Source: Candidatus Kapaibacterium sp.
GTDB lineage: Bacteria; Bacteroidota; Ignavibacteria; Kapaibacteriales; UBA2268
Length of the DNA stretch: 64,000 nucleotides
Direction of reading: 5' to 3'
Assembly: GCA_938031175.1 (NCBI GenBank)
Contig: CALHGZ010000004.1
Location: 67,635 to 131,634, forward strand
Positions 30,378 to 41,985 of this stretch are shown piece by piece. A program made the position numbers and the translations under genes. Within the stretch, counting starts at the first letter, position 1, and each line of letters opens with the position of its first letter. The notes beneath the pieces are model-generated. The model saw only the letters and a list, made by a program, of their open reading frames with translations. It ran no database searches and was not told where the DNA came from.

Positions 30378-31766
30378 ATGAAGCAAGTTGATTTAGTTAT
30401 ACTTAATGAGAGAAGTTTTAAGCTCAATGATGGAATTGAAAATGACGGTCCTGTAATATATTGGATGAGTCGTGATCAAAGATTGCAGGATAATTGGGCA
30501 TTAATCTACTCATTAATACATGCCGAGAAAAAGCGAACCTATGTTATTGTTGTTTTCTGTCTTTTAGATGAATTTTTAGGTGCGAACAAAAATCATTATG
30601 CTTTTATGATACAAGGGCTTATTGAATTAGCCCATAATTGTGAAAAATATAGTATTCCTTTCGAGTTGGTTGTTGGTAATCCCATTTATGAAATTCCTAA
30701 GCTAATTTTTAATCATAATGCATCATTGTTAGTAACTGATTTTGATCCATTGAAGATTAAAAGAAATTGGAAGAGTCAAATTGCAAAAAAAATTTCAATA
30801 CCCTTTTTCGAAGTTGATGCACATAATATTGTCCCTGTATGGAAGGTTTCAGATAAAGAGGAATTTGCTGCTTACACTATTCGTCCCAAGATACATAAGC
30901 TTTTAAATAGGTATCTTATAGAATTCCCTAAATTGACAAAACAAAATAATGTAAATTTTCCAGTTGTTAATAATATTCACCCCCAAATAGTTGAGCAATA
31001 TATTAAATATTTTAATTACTACTCTGATTTTAAAGCGGGAGAAAGCGAAGCTTCTTCTCGTTTTTATCGATGGGTGAATGAAAAATTTATTGATTATGCT
31101 GATTATCGGAATGACCCAGTTCGCCGGTGTCAATCCGATTTGTCTCCTTATCTGCATTTCGGTATGATCTCAGCTCAAAGGATTGCACTTGAAGTTAATA
31201 AGCTATTGTTTAACCATTTGCCCGATGAGAAACTTACAAGTTCTGCAAATGCTTTTCTCGAAGAATTAATCATAAGACGTGAACTTTCTGATAATTTTTG
31301 TTATTATAACAAAAATTACGATAATTTTGATGGTTTTCAACAATGGGCAAAGGATACATTAAATAAGCATAGAAATGACAAGCGTGAATATATTTATACA
31401 CTCGAAGAGTTTGAATCAGCAAATACGCATGATGATTTGTGGAATGCAGCTCAAATTGAAATGATTCAAAGAGGTAAAATGCACGGATATATGAGGATGT
31501 ATTGGGCGAAAAAAATTCTTGAGTGGACAAAATCGCCTGATGAAGCAATTGAAATAGCTATTTATTTAAATGATAAATATGAGTTAGACGGGCGAGATCC
31601 TAATGGATATACTGGTATTGCTTGGTCGATCGGGGGGGTACATGATAGACCTTGGTCAGAGAGACCTGTTTTCGGTAAAATCAGATTTATGAATTATAAT
31701 GGTTGTAAGCGTAAATTTGATGTTGATAAATACATACAAATGAATATAGAAAAAGGAATTAATTAA
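30378..31766 (+). CDS. phrB: Class II CPD DNA photolyase
   Basis: YWMSRDQRLQDNWAL, VDAHNIVP, SDLSPYLHFG, EELIIRRELSDNF, MHGYMRMYWAKK, DGRDPNGY. Confidence 0.93.
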   Translation: MKQVDLVILNERSFKLNDGIENDGPVIYWMSRDQRLQDNWALIYSLIHAEKKRTYVIVVFCLLDEFLGANKNHYAFMIQGLIELAHNCEKYSIPFELVVGNPIYEIPKLIFNHNASLLVTDFDPLKIKRNWKSQIAKKISIPFFEVDAHNIVPVWKVSDKEEFAAYTIRPKIHKLLNRYLIEFPKLTKQNNVNFPVVNNIHPQIVEQYIKYFNYYSDFKAGESEASSRFYRWVNEKFIDYADYRNDPVRRCQSDLSPYLHFGMISAQRIALEVNKLLFNHLPDEKLTSSANAFLEELIIRRELSDNFCYYNKNYDNFDGFQQWAKDTLNKHRNDKREYIYTLEEFESANTHDDLWNAAQIEMIQRGKMHGYMRMYWAKKILEWTKSPDEAIEIAIYLNDKYELDGRDPNGYTGIAWSIGGVHDRPWSERPVFGKIRFMNYNGCKRKFDVDKYIQMNIEKGIN

Positions 31767-33810
31767 CTTTATCACGAATAAACCAAATTACAACCCTTCT
31801 GTTTTTTGCTCTACCTTCTGGAGTATCATTTGTGTCAATTGGTTGTGAAGCTCCGTAACCTTTTGTTTTGATACGTTTGGGATTGCATCCCTTGTCAATT
31901 AAGTAATTAGCAACTGCTTTTGCTCTTTTCTCAGATAAATTCATATTATATTCTTCTGTGCCTACAATATCGGTATGTCCCTCGATTTCAATTTTTAAAT
32001 CAAGATTTTCTGACATATTTAAAAAATTGGCAAGTCTATTTAATTCAGGAAAAGATTCGGATTTTAGGTCATATTTATCGAAATCAAAAAAAACATTATT
32101 AATTAATACTTTAATTTTACTAGATTTTATATCATCAATAGATGGGAGCGTAATGTCTTCGATAATTTCTGGTACAGCTTTCACTGCCGATAAATCAATA
32201 TTTCTGGAACTGGGATAATACCCATCACTACTTGCATAATAACCATAGTGCTTGCCAACAGGTAAAGAAATAATATATGTCCCTGTTACCGGATTAGAAT
32301 TTAATTCGCCTATTTTTTCACCTGTTTTTAAATCTTCCCATATAATTTTAGCTTTTAGAGGTTTCCCTTTTAGATCTCTAACTTTCCCTTTGATAACAAC
32401 TAAATGGTCAGGTCGAGCTTTTAAGGGTAGAGTGATGCTATAAATGTCTAGATTACCATATCCACCAGGTCTATTACGGGAAGCGAAATATGCTTTTTCG
32501 CCCGAAATGTCAATTTTATATCCTAAATCATCGTCAGTTGAGTTGATTTCTTTTCCTAAATTAATAGGTGTTGACCATTCTGTCCATGAGGTATCGTTTA
32601 ATCTACGGGAGACAAATACATCTAAACCACCTAAACCCGGATGCCCTTCGGAGCTAAAGAATAGTGTCTTCCCATCTGGATGTAGATATGGGGAACGTTC
32701 GGAGTAGGGGGTATTAATAGTTGGACCTAAATTTAGGGGTTGACTCCAACCTGTATCAGTTTTGAAGGAAATATATATATCTTCATTGCCATTTGTACTA
32801 CCGTAGGCAAGTGAACCAAAGGGACGAAATTCGCCAATTCCTCCGGGTCTATCGCTTGCAAATATGAGCGCTTTACCATCACTTGTCAAATTAGCAGCTT
32901 CGTCTGTATATTTTGTGTTGATTGGATGTGGGAAGTGTTGCAAATTGCCCCAACCTTTTTCTGTAAGTTCAGCATAGTAAATATCATAATTCCCAAAACT
33001 TCCCTGGAATGTACCGGAAAGAAATAAGCCTGTTCCATCAGCAGTGACATTATCAACAGTTTCATCCTGTGAACTATTAATGGCAGGTCCAAGATTTTTA
33101 GGTTTTTGCCATTGACCATTGATTTTTTCTGAAACCCATACATCGTTTCTACCTTTACCGCCCTTGCGGTGAGATGCAGAAAAATAGAGATAATTCCCAT
33201 CTGGTGTAGGATTAGGATCCCATTCGTTTAGAGCTGTATTTATGTTTGGACCTAAATTTTCAAGAACAAGACCTTCCTCATCGGCTAATAAAATATTTAT
33301 TATTGACTCAAAATGTTCCTGTTTTTCAGGAAAAAATTTCTGGTAGGATTTATATATAGCGGCGGCTGTATCCCATTCTTTTCTGTCAATGAAAGGCGAA
33401 GCCAAGCGTTGTAATGCGATAAAGGCATTACGCGAAGGTGCATTTTCAACTATATACATATCGTAAAATGGGTATAAATCTTTTGTAGTTTTTTCAGTCA
33501 GCATTATCTGCTCGTAGGCCTGAATTTGTCTATCAAAGTAATCCTCGTAACCAGGGAAAAATTCTTTATAGACGCGATATACATACATCGATAGGATAGA
33601 TTTATTTTCGAAACGGTTGCGGGCAGCTAAAATATTTAAAATTTTTAAAGCACTATCCCTTGGTTTGCCATATCTGAGGAATTTATCTAATTCAGTAATT
33701 GGTGCTTGATTTTGATCAACATTCTCTAATTGCGCAATAGAATCTGAATATATTAATAGATAAGAAAAAATTGCAATCAATATTAAGTTTGAAATTCTCA
33801 TATTATACAA
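31759..33810 (-). CDS. PD40-repeat + carboxypeptidase-regulatory-like + OmpA-domain protein (PorE-like architecture)
   Basis: Repeated NLGP.INT / PDGKTLFFSS PD40 motifs; C-terminal NVFFDFDK, IEGHTD, LSEKRA, NRRV. Confidence 0.88.
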   Translation of the reverse strand: MYNMRISNLILIAIFSYLLIYSDSIAQLENVDQNQAPITELDKFLRYGKPRDSALKILNILAARNRFENKSILSMYVYRVYKEFFPGYEDYFDRQIQAYEQIMLTEKTTKDLYPFYDMYIVENAPSRNAFIALQRLASPFIDRKEWDTAAAIYKSYQKFFPEKQEHFESIINILLADEEGLVLENLGPNINTALNEWDPNPTPDGNYLYFSASHRKGGKGRNDVWVSEKINGQWQKPKNLGPAINSSQDETVDNVTADGTGLFLSGTFQGSFGNYDIYYAELTEKGWGNLQHFPHPINTKYTDEAANLTSDGKALIFASDRPGGIGEFRPFGSLAYGSTNGNEDIYISFKTDTGWSQPLNLGPTINTPYSERSPYLHPDGKTLFFSSEGHPGLGGLDVFVSRRLNDTSWTEWSTPINLGKEINSTDDDLGYKIDISGEKAYFASRNRPGGYGNLDIYSITLPLKARPDHLVVIKGKVRDLKGKPLKAKIIWEDLKTGEKIGELNSNPVTGTYIISLPVGKHYGYYASSDGYYPSSRNIDLSAVKAVPEIIEDITLPSIDDIKSSKIKVLINNVFFDFDKYDLKSESFPELNRLANFLNMSENLDLKIEIEGHTDIVGTEEYNMNLSEKRAKAVANYLIDKGCNPKRIKTKGYGASQPIDTNDTPEGRAKNRRVVIWFIRDKVN

Positions 33811-33940
33811 AACGAATTTATATTTGTGGAATTATAAAATAAAAAGCAAATTTAGTTGTATATTATTATATCTATTGGATATTACTATAGAATATTAATT
33901 TATATTTTTAAATAATTGTGAAAAAATCCGGAGTTATTGA

Positions 33941-34741
33941 ATGACTGTCCGCTTTTTTATTTTTTTGCTTTGTATTGTGTTAATGTTGAATTTTACATTA
34001 GCCCAGCCATTACCAATAGTAGTAAAGGGTAAGGTAACTGATGAGCTTACTGGTCAGCCTATTGGAGTTGAAATAGAATTTAGGAGTACTGATGGTAGGA
34101 AAATTAAAATCAATTCGAATTCCATCTCCGGGGAATATCAGCAGGTTTTAAATGCCGGTGAATTTTATGATGTAATTTTTAGTGGTCCAAATATTATTAG
34201 AAAAGTTGACAGACTTAAGGTAGATCATTTCGATAGTTATGATGAACAAGAGCAAAACTTTACTGTAATTAAATTAGAACCGGGTAGAACTTTATTTAAA
34301 ATATCAGCATTTAATAAAGGTTCAAACGAAGTAAGTAAAGAAGAAATCGAATCTGTATTTAATCAAATCAAGGAAATAATGAAATTTAATCGGGCTGTCA
34401 ACTTTGAATTTGTTATAAATGCAAAAGATACATACAAAAAAGCTCCAATTTATGAATACAAAGAAGAGGCAAAAGCAAAAGGTAAAAAGAAAAAACCTGT
34501 TAAATCAGAGCCAAGACAATTAATCCAACCTGACCCAAACCCGGAATTAGTGAAATCTCTTGTTGATGCAAGAATAGAGAGAATAAATTCATTGATTGAT
34601 GATAATGATTGGAAGCGATATATCAGGAGAATTACAGTTAATGGTGATTATAGTTTGGGTGAATATACAAATCCCGAAAAATCCAATATACCAAATCTTT
34701 TGATTGTTGTTAAGTCAATAGATTCAGCAATGGAAAGATAA
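33941..34741 (+). CDS. Exported protein with carboxypeptidase-regulatory-like domain and a possible degenerate OmpA-like domain
   Basis: Signal peptide; VVKGKVTDELTGQPI..INSNSISGEY resembles the same domain in the divergent neighbour. Confidence 0.6.
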   Translation: MTVRFFIFLLCIVLMLNFTLAQPLPIVVKGKVTDELTGQPIGVEIEFRSTDGRKIKINSNSISGEYQQVLNAGEFYDVIFSGPNIIRKVDRLKVDHFDSYDEQEQNFTVIKLEPGRTLFKISAFNKGSNEVSKEEIESVFNQIKEIMKFNRAVNFEFVINAKDTYKKAPIYEYKEEAKAKGKKKKPVKSEPRQLIQPDPNPELVKSLVDARIERINSLIDDNDWKRYIRRITVNGDYSLGEYTNPEKSNIPNLLIVVKSIDSAMER

Positions 34742-34757
34742 TAAATTATAAATTTGT

Positions 34758-34792
34758 AAATCCCCACCAATTAATTTTGGTGGGGTTTTTTA
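34758..34792. terminator. Terminator between convergent genes (clearest on +)
   Basis: Stem CCCCACCAA/TTGGTGGGG (34762-34785), T-run on the right and short A-run on the left. Confidence 0.8.
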
Positions 34793-34796
34793 TTAA

Positions 34797-37022
34797 TTAT
34801 TTATAATGGATAAAAATATATGTGATGATATCTTTACCGATGCTACCTTTAACCAGATAGACACCATTTGATAGTCCAATTAAATTAAATTCATGACGGT
34901 TTGATCGACATAGTTCATAATTTTCAGCGATAGATTTTATAAATTTTCCGGTTGATTCATAAAGAGAAAGGTTAAGAAAGGACTGACCTGGATTTGAGGA
35001 GTAATATTCAAAAACAAGTGACTGGTTCGAATTTGAGTAGTACATTTTTACATTAGAATTTCCAGTATTGTAAAATTCTTTAATCGATGACAATGAGCCA
35101 GAACCTTTGAGAGCAATTTTTTTCTCTGGTTCATTTTCTGCATTAGAATAAATTACAAGCTGTGATTTATAATGTTTTTCTTCTTTTGGTTTAAAATTAA
35201 TTTCCAAATCATAACTATTTCCCATTTCAAGTCTAATAGGGAAAATGTGTTCGCCAAGTAGATTATATACGTTGTCAATGTTATTTTCAAAAGAGATTTC
35301 TATTATTTCAAGATCGTATTCACCGAGGTTATAAATGGTAAGCAATTCTGTTTTACCATCGGGTGGATTATTGGGTTCAGCATAACCAAAGTCAATTTCA
35401 TTGACAGAAGTTTCTATTTTAGGTCCCATACCTGGTTCTATTCCGATACCATAGATCGGAATGTATTTTTCGGTAGCATCGAGAGAAGTTGAGAGAATTT
35501 TTAGCATTGAATTATAAACTTCACCAACTTCCTGAGGTACAAACTTAATTCTTACGGTTTTGGATTGTCCGGGTTGAAGAATTACAGGTACTGCACTTCC
35601 AAAGACAAAACTATAAGCTTTTTTCTCGTTATTTTCAATACTTATCCAGTTAATGGTTAATTCTCGGTTTCCACCATTTGACATAATTAAATCGATAAAT
35701 TTCTGTTTTAATACACCAACAGAACCGAAATTCAACTGATTATGATTAAGTTCTAACAAGGGACCAATGCCTTTGCCACCTCTTCCTTTTAGAGCTATAC
35801 CTTTTATTTGACTTTCTGCGTCATTTGATGTGAAATCCAGATAATCAATGTAGTTATAATCTTCAGTGGGTTTGAAAATAACTTTAAAGCTTTTTGTTTC
35901 ATTTGCTTGTAGATTGAAAGGTGTTTTGGGTAATCCACCTTCTAATTGGAAAGCTGGTGATCCAAATGAAAATTCAACATTTTCTACAGTTAAAACACTT
36001 TTACCACTGTTCAAGGCAATAAATTCGGCGCTTGCAGTTTTACCAATTTCTAAAGCTCCGAAATTAATTTCATTTGGTATAAATTCGAGTTTAGGTCCTG
36101 GTGCGGGCGCTTTAGTCAGTAGCCAATTAATTGCACTTGTTACGGCAAATTGACGTGAATAATTCGTTGACATATATTCAAAACCCATTGACCAGAAAAC
36201 AAGCTTACCGCCATCTTTTTTATCGGAACGAATTCCAAGCAAAGTATCGGTTAATGGCTGTTTATCATCCAGTACAAAATGATCAACAGGTTTGAATTGA
36301 GAATTATTCTTAAGTTTAAAAACGTCAACATTATAGCAATAAGGATTTAAGGGTGTCTGTCCATCAAATATCACATTACAATACTTAATAGCAGCCCAGG
36401 AAACGGGATCTTTGATTGCTCCTCGTGCTATAAATTGGTTGAATTTGATATTAATTGTTGAGCCGCTGATTGTAGAATCACAAGTGGGTCTATAGCCGAT
36501 ATAATCAATACCGAGGATATTTGTAAAAAAATTTTTAACACTTGGATCATCACCGATTTGGGTGCGGAAAGCTCCAACAAGAGCTAAATTACCTGTTATC
36601 ATTATGCTTTTCCCGGCATTGTAAGCCTCTAAGATTTTATCAATAATTTTTATACCTCCGGGTGTTTTAGCATTTAATAGATAATTACCGAGTGGAATAA
36701 TGATGAGGTCGAAATCTGTGATGTAATTTTTTTTGAAGAAATCATCGGTAAATGATGCTCTTGTAAATCTTTCGGAATATTCGCTCGACTGGATGTACTG
36801 GTAGTAAGCTGAAAAATGATATGGGTCTAAGTTATCGAATAGGATGCATTTATAGTCAGAGCTAATTCCTTGTGTACTTTTAACGGATGGTATCAATACA
36901 GACGATTCATTAATGATTTTTGATATTTTATCGTTATTGTTGAGATTGTTTGAAAAGACATTTGAATTGTAAAAAATAAATGTAAATGTTGTTATTAAAA
37001 GCAAGAAAATATTTCTTTGCAT
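34797..37022 (-). CDS. Secreted protein with three choice-of-anchor-D/Ig-like domains and T9SS-type CTD
   Basis: Three 'GP.L/I....I.FG....N.G...L.I....F.P....SN' repeats; LSNGVYLV CTD; ATG at 37022 after GGAGG. Confidence 0.8.
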   Translation of the reverse strand: MQRNIFLLLITTFTFIFYNSNVFSNNLNNNDKISKIINESSVLIPSVKSTQGISSDYKCILFDNLDPYHFSAYYQYIQSSEYSERFTRASFTDDFFKKNYITDFDLIIIPLGNYLLNAKTPGGIKIIDKILEAYNAGKSIMITGNLALVGAFRTQIGDDPSVKNFFTNILGIDYIGYRPTCDSTISGSTINIKFNQFIARGAIKDPVSWAAIKYCNVIFDGQTPLNPYCYNVDVFKLKNNSQFKPVDHFVLDDKQPLTDTLLGIRSDKKDGGKLVFWSMGFEYMSTNYSRQFAVTSAINWLLTKAPAPGPKLEFIPNEINFGALEIGKTASAEFIALNSGKSVLTVENVEFSFGSPAFQLEGGLPKTPFNLQANETKSFKVIFKPTEDYNYIDYLDFTSNDAESQIKGIALKGRGGKGIGPLLELNHNQLNFGSVGVLKQKFIDLIMSNGGNRELTINWISIENNEKKAYSFVFGSAVPVILQPGQSKTVRIKFVPQEVGEVYNSMLKILSTSLDATEKYIPIYGIGIEPGMGPKIETSVNEIDFGYAEPNNPPDGKTELLTIYNLGEYDLEIIEISFENNIDNVYNLLGEHIFPIRLEMGNSYDLEINFKPKEEKHYKSQLVIYSNAENEPEKKIALKGSGSLSSIKEFYNTGNSNVKMYYSNSNQSLVFEYYSSNPGQSFLNLSLYESTGKFIKSIAENYELCRSNRHEFNLIGLSNGVYLVKGSIGKDIITYIFIHYK

Positions 37023-37090
37023 ATTGACCTCCATATAAATAATCTGATAATGATTTTTGAAATTTAACAAAAAATATATGATATTCAAAT

Positions 37091-37123
37091 ATAAAAACAG
37101 CCGGATATATCTACCCGGCTGTT
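37091..37123 (-). terminator. Intrinsic terminator after the Omp28/T9SS gene
   Basis: Stem AACAGCCGG/CCGGCTGTT with T-rich tail on the minus strand. Confidence 0.7.
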
Positions 37124-37143
37124 CATATAGCTTTTGTAAAGAA

Positions 37144-39606
37144 TTATTTTACCAGTGTTATTGGTATTTGCATTTTATCGTTGCCAATTTTAGCTTGTAG
37201 GAAATAAATACCAGAAGCAAGGTCAGTTGCATTAAGTGGTATGTTGTAATTTCCAATAGAGTAGGTTTCATTTGAAATTTGTTTTATTAATCTTCCCATT
37301 GCATCGAGTAGAGCTAATTCGACAAATTGCTCTTTGTCATTAATATTAAGATTGATGAATGTATTTCCACTAAAAGGATTTGGTCCTACAACTAGTTCAA
37401 ATGAATTAATTTTGTTAAGTTCGCTAACACTGACAGTCTTTTTACCTTTACCATCAAGGAAAATAGAGATTGAAGGAGCATTTTTGGCATTGGAGGTGAT
37501 GTCAATGATGTCGGAAATATTTCCTTCTTCTTTAGGTGTGAATTTAACTATAATTTCTATTTTAGCTTGTGGTTCAATGGCGATAGGAATTTTTGGTAAA
37601 TTAACGAACTCAAAAGCACCTGATTCGAAGCCAAAACTGATTTTTTCTATGGTCAAAGTTTGATCTCCGGAATTTGTTATGCTGAATGTTTTATTAAATG
37701 ATTGACCAATTTCGACTTCACCGAAATCTATTGAAGCAACATTGAGAGAGATCTCCGGTCCTTTTCCAGCAGAAGGATTCATCAACCAATCCATTATTTT
37801 AGACATTAATCCTATTCTTTGTCCATCAGCTGAAATTGCCTCAAATCCTGCTGTCATATAGACTATTCTTGAATTGCCCTTTGTTAATCTAACACCTCCG
37901 ATTTTCTTTGGATCATTATCATAATATAGGAATGGATAAGTTTCTTTGCTTATTGGTTCTAAAATATCAGTAAATAAAACATAGAAGGGCCATGTTTGAG
38001 CGTTATATTGGTTCATAATAGTTTGGAAGCCATCACCGATTGGGTCGTTTGCAACACCTGTGGCTGAGAATGTGAATAGTTGGTTACCTTGATCATTAAC
38101 TCTTCTAACATAGGGTGTAGTTGGGTTCGAACGTACACCAAGGGTACTACTATAAAATTGTTTGCCGGCTGGTGTCCCGTCGGGTCCATTAGCTACGGAG
38201 AGATCTAATTCTGAGGTGATTAAAATTCCTTTACCTGCAGCGATAAGTGAATTGAGAGTGTTTATGACCATTCCATTTGCACCAGAAGCTCCTATCAAAC
38301 CACGATAATTATAATTAATTGAGAAAACGAAATAATCAAAAGTTTCGATTGGTGGATAAGCTTGTAGTATTTCTGGGATTATAGGCATTGTAGCCATGAT
38401 TGATTTTGCGTCCGGGACGTTGTTAAGTGCATTGTATGTAGGCCAATTCTGACTTGTAGTATTATAATAATAAACAAGTTTTGATTTTGTTGACAAGGCG
38501 TAAACTGCATCTATTTTATCTTGTGGAATACCATCAACACCAAGAGGTGATGCTTTAACAACCACACCAACAAATCCGGGAGCATCCGGGGCGCTAATTG
38601 TAACATTGACAGTAACGCTTGCATTTGGTTGTAAGTATGTATTTGTAGGATTTAATTTAGCTGACCAACCAGTTGGTAAACCACTTGCTTCTTGATCAAC
38701 TGCAAAAGCTACATTCATTGGTATTGAATTGGGATTTGTAAAGATAATTTCACCAACAACATTGCTTTTGGGGTCAACTTTAAGAAATGGATTTGGTACT
38801 GCAGAAGTAAGAGTAATTAATTTTAAATTGTGGGCTGCTTGAAGAACCTCTTTAGTACCATCATCTTGAATAAATGCTACTATGTATATTTTGTTGGGGT
38901 TCCAATCATTATGTATTGGCACATTGAAAGTATAATTTTGGTTTGAGCCGGCAGATTGATTTATTGTTGTACCATTATGGTCAGGTAACATTTTTCTTGC
39001 CACATGGTAAAAGTCGGTTTCTCCATTGGAACCAGCAGTGCCCTGAGGATAGTAAATGTGATATTCGACTACAGCAACACGTAATTTTTTGCCTTGAATT
39101 GCTTGGGTTGTTGCTACATTTACACCAACATTGAAGTTATTTCCGGATTTAGTTTGTGTGATCGAAATAGTGATTGGTGAAGTTGTTCCAGTATATTTAC
39201 TCAATTCTGAATTTAAAGCTGTTGTGTCACCGGGAGCTCCTTTATACCAACCTGGTGATGTTGGCAATGGATGGGCTCCATTCATTCTGCAAACAGGTAC
39301 TCCCTCATTATTCATACCATAATAAGTACCGATTCTGCCTTGATTCATAACTGTATTATGCAAATACATTGGGTCATTAGGACCGGGCCACCAGGCGTGG
39401 TAAATTAGTGGTATTACTTGGTCGGTATGATTTTTTAGCCAAGCTAAAAATATAGGATTTTGTTGGGCACAGGGTGGGCAGGATGCATTTGTTGCTTCTT
39501 CGACAAGTACCATTCTTGGAGATTGTGCTAACGATTCGGGTATACTTGGAAAAAGCACAAAATAAGCTGCTACTATTATTGCAGTAATTTGTAGGATTTT
39601 TTTCAT
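37144..39606 (-). CDS. Omp28-related CxxC domain + Ig-like domains + T9SS CTD protein
   Basis: VLVEEATNASCPPC, VAFIQDDGTKEVLQ, one choice-of-anchor-D repeat, PNPFSG...LASGIYFL CTD. Confidence 0.85.
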   Translation of the reverse strand: MKKILQITAIIVAAYFVLFPSIPESLAQSPRMVLVEEATNASCPPCAQQNPIFLAWLKNHTDQVIPLIYHAWWPGPNDPMYLHNTVMNQGRIGTYYGMNNEGVPVCRMNGAHPLPTSPGWYKGAPGDTTALNSELSKYTGTTSPITISITQTKSGNNFNVGVNVATTQAIQGKKLRVAVVEYHIYYPQGTAGSNGETDFYHVARKMLPDHNGTTINQSAGSNQNYTFNVPIHNDWNPNKIYIVAFIQDDGTKEVLQAAHNLKLITLTSAVPNPFLKVDPKSNVVGEIIFTNPNSIPMNVAFAVDQEASGLPTGWSAKLNPTNTYLQPNASVTVNVTISAPDAPGFVGVVVKASPLGVDGIPQDKIDAVYALSTKSKLVYYYNTTSQNWPTYNALNNVPDAKSIMATMPIIPEILQAYPPIETFDYFVFSINYNYRGLIGASGANGMVINTLNSLIAAGKGILITSELDLSVANGPDGTPAGKQFYSSTLGVRSNPTTPYVRRVNDQGNQLFTFSATGVANDPIGDGFQTIMNQYNAQTWPFYVLFTDILEPISKETYPFLYYDNDPKKIGGVRLTKGNSRIVYMTAGFEAISADGQRIGLMSKIMDWLMNPSAGKGPEISLNVASIDFGEVEIGQSFNKTFSITNSGDQTLTIEKISFGFESGAFEFVNLPKIPIAIEPQAKIEIIVKFTPKEEGNISDIIDITSNAKNAPSISIFLDGKGKKTVSVSELNKINSFELVVGPNPFSGNTFINLNINDKEQFVELALLDAMGRLIKQISNETYSIGNYNIPLNATDLASGIYFLQAKIGNDKMQIPITLVK

Positions 39607-39763
39607 GTTTACTCCTCTTTTTAATTGAAAAATTAATATTACTTAAATTGTATTGTAAATATAAAACAAATTTATTGAAATAATTATTATTTTTATGTAA
39701 TAGTTGTTTCCATCCTGATTAAAATAATTATCAATAACAACACAGACGTATTCATTATGTTAC

Positions 39764-39797
39764 AAAAAAAATCCCGCTAGATTTTTAGCGGGAATTT
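39764..39797 (-). terminator. Intrinsic terminator after groEL
   Basis: Stem TCCCGCTA/TAGCGGGA followed by a T8 run on the minus strand. Confidence 0.8.
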
Positions 39798-39820
39798 GAG
39801 ATAATTTTTTGGGATGTGAA

Positions 39821-41470
<1,650 letters not shown>

Positions 41471-41489
41471 TTATTGTTTATTATCAATT

Positions 41490-41777
41490 TTAGTTAATTA
41501 TTGCAAAAACATCAGATTCTCGCATGATCAAATAATCTTCGCCATCAATTGTAACTTCAGTGCCTGAGTATTTTCCATATAAAACCTTGTCGCCTACTTT
41601 TATTTGCATAGGGATGAGTTTACCGTCGTCAGCTGTTCTACCTTGACCAACAGCAATTACTTCTCCCTGTTGTGGTTTTTCTTTTGCAGTATCTGGTATA
41701 ATGATACCGCCAGCAGTTACTTCCTCAGGCTGTGAGGGCTTTACTATTATTCTGTCGTGGAGAGGTGTTAACTTCAT
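41490..41777 (-). CDS. groS: Co-chaperonin GroES
   Basis: [30 protein letters not shown]; ATG at 41777 after GGGAG. Confidence 0.98.
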   Translation of the reverse strand: MKLTPLHDRIIVKPSQPEEVTAGGIIIPDTAKEKPQQGEVIAVGQGRTADDGKLIPMQIKVGDKVLYGKYSGTEVTIDGEDYLIMRESDVFAIIN

Positions 41778-41815
41778 ATATCGACTCCCTTTTTGATTTA
41801 ACATATTTAAAATTG

Positions 41816-41842
41816 TTAGCACTCATTTTAAATGAGTGCTAA
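41816..41842. promoter_or_regulatory. CIRCE operator (HrcA binding site)
   Basis: Exact TTAGCACTC-N9(attttaaat)-GAGTGCTAA, about 40 nt upstream of groES. Confidence 0.97.
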
Positions 41843-41852
41843 TAATTTGACG

Positions 41853-41860
41853 CAAAATTA
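41853..41860 (-). promoter_or_regulatory. Bacteroidota-type -7 promoter element for groESL
   Basis: TAATTTTG (TAnnTTTG) on the minus strand, 10 nt upstream of CIRCE. Confidence 0.55.
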
Positions 41861-41985
41861 AACCTTATATTTTAAATTTTAAAATAAAATTTGAAAAATG
41901 AAATCTATATTAATAATGAGTTTTAATAATTTTGAATTAATTTTGTAAAATTTATAAGTTTAATAACACATAGTTTGAGGTTATC

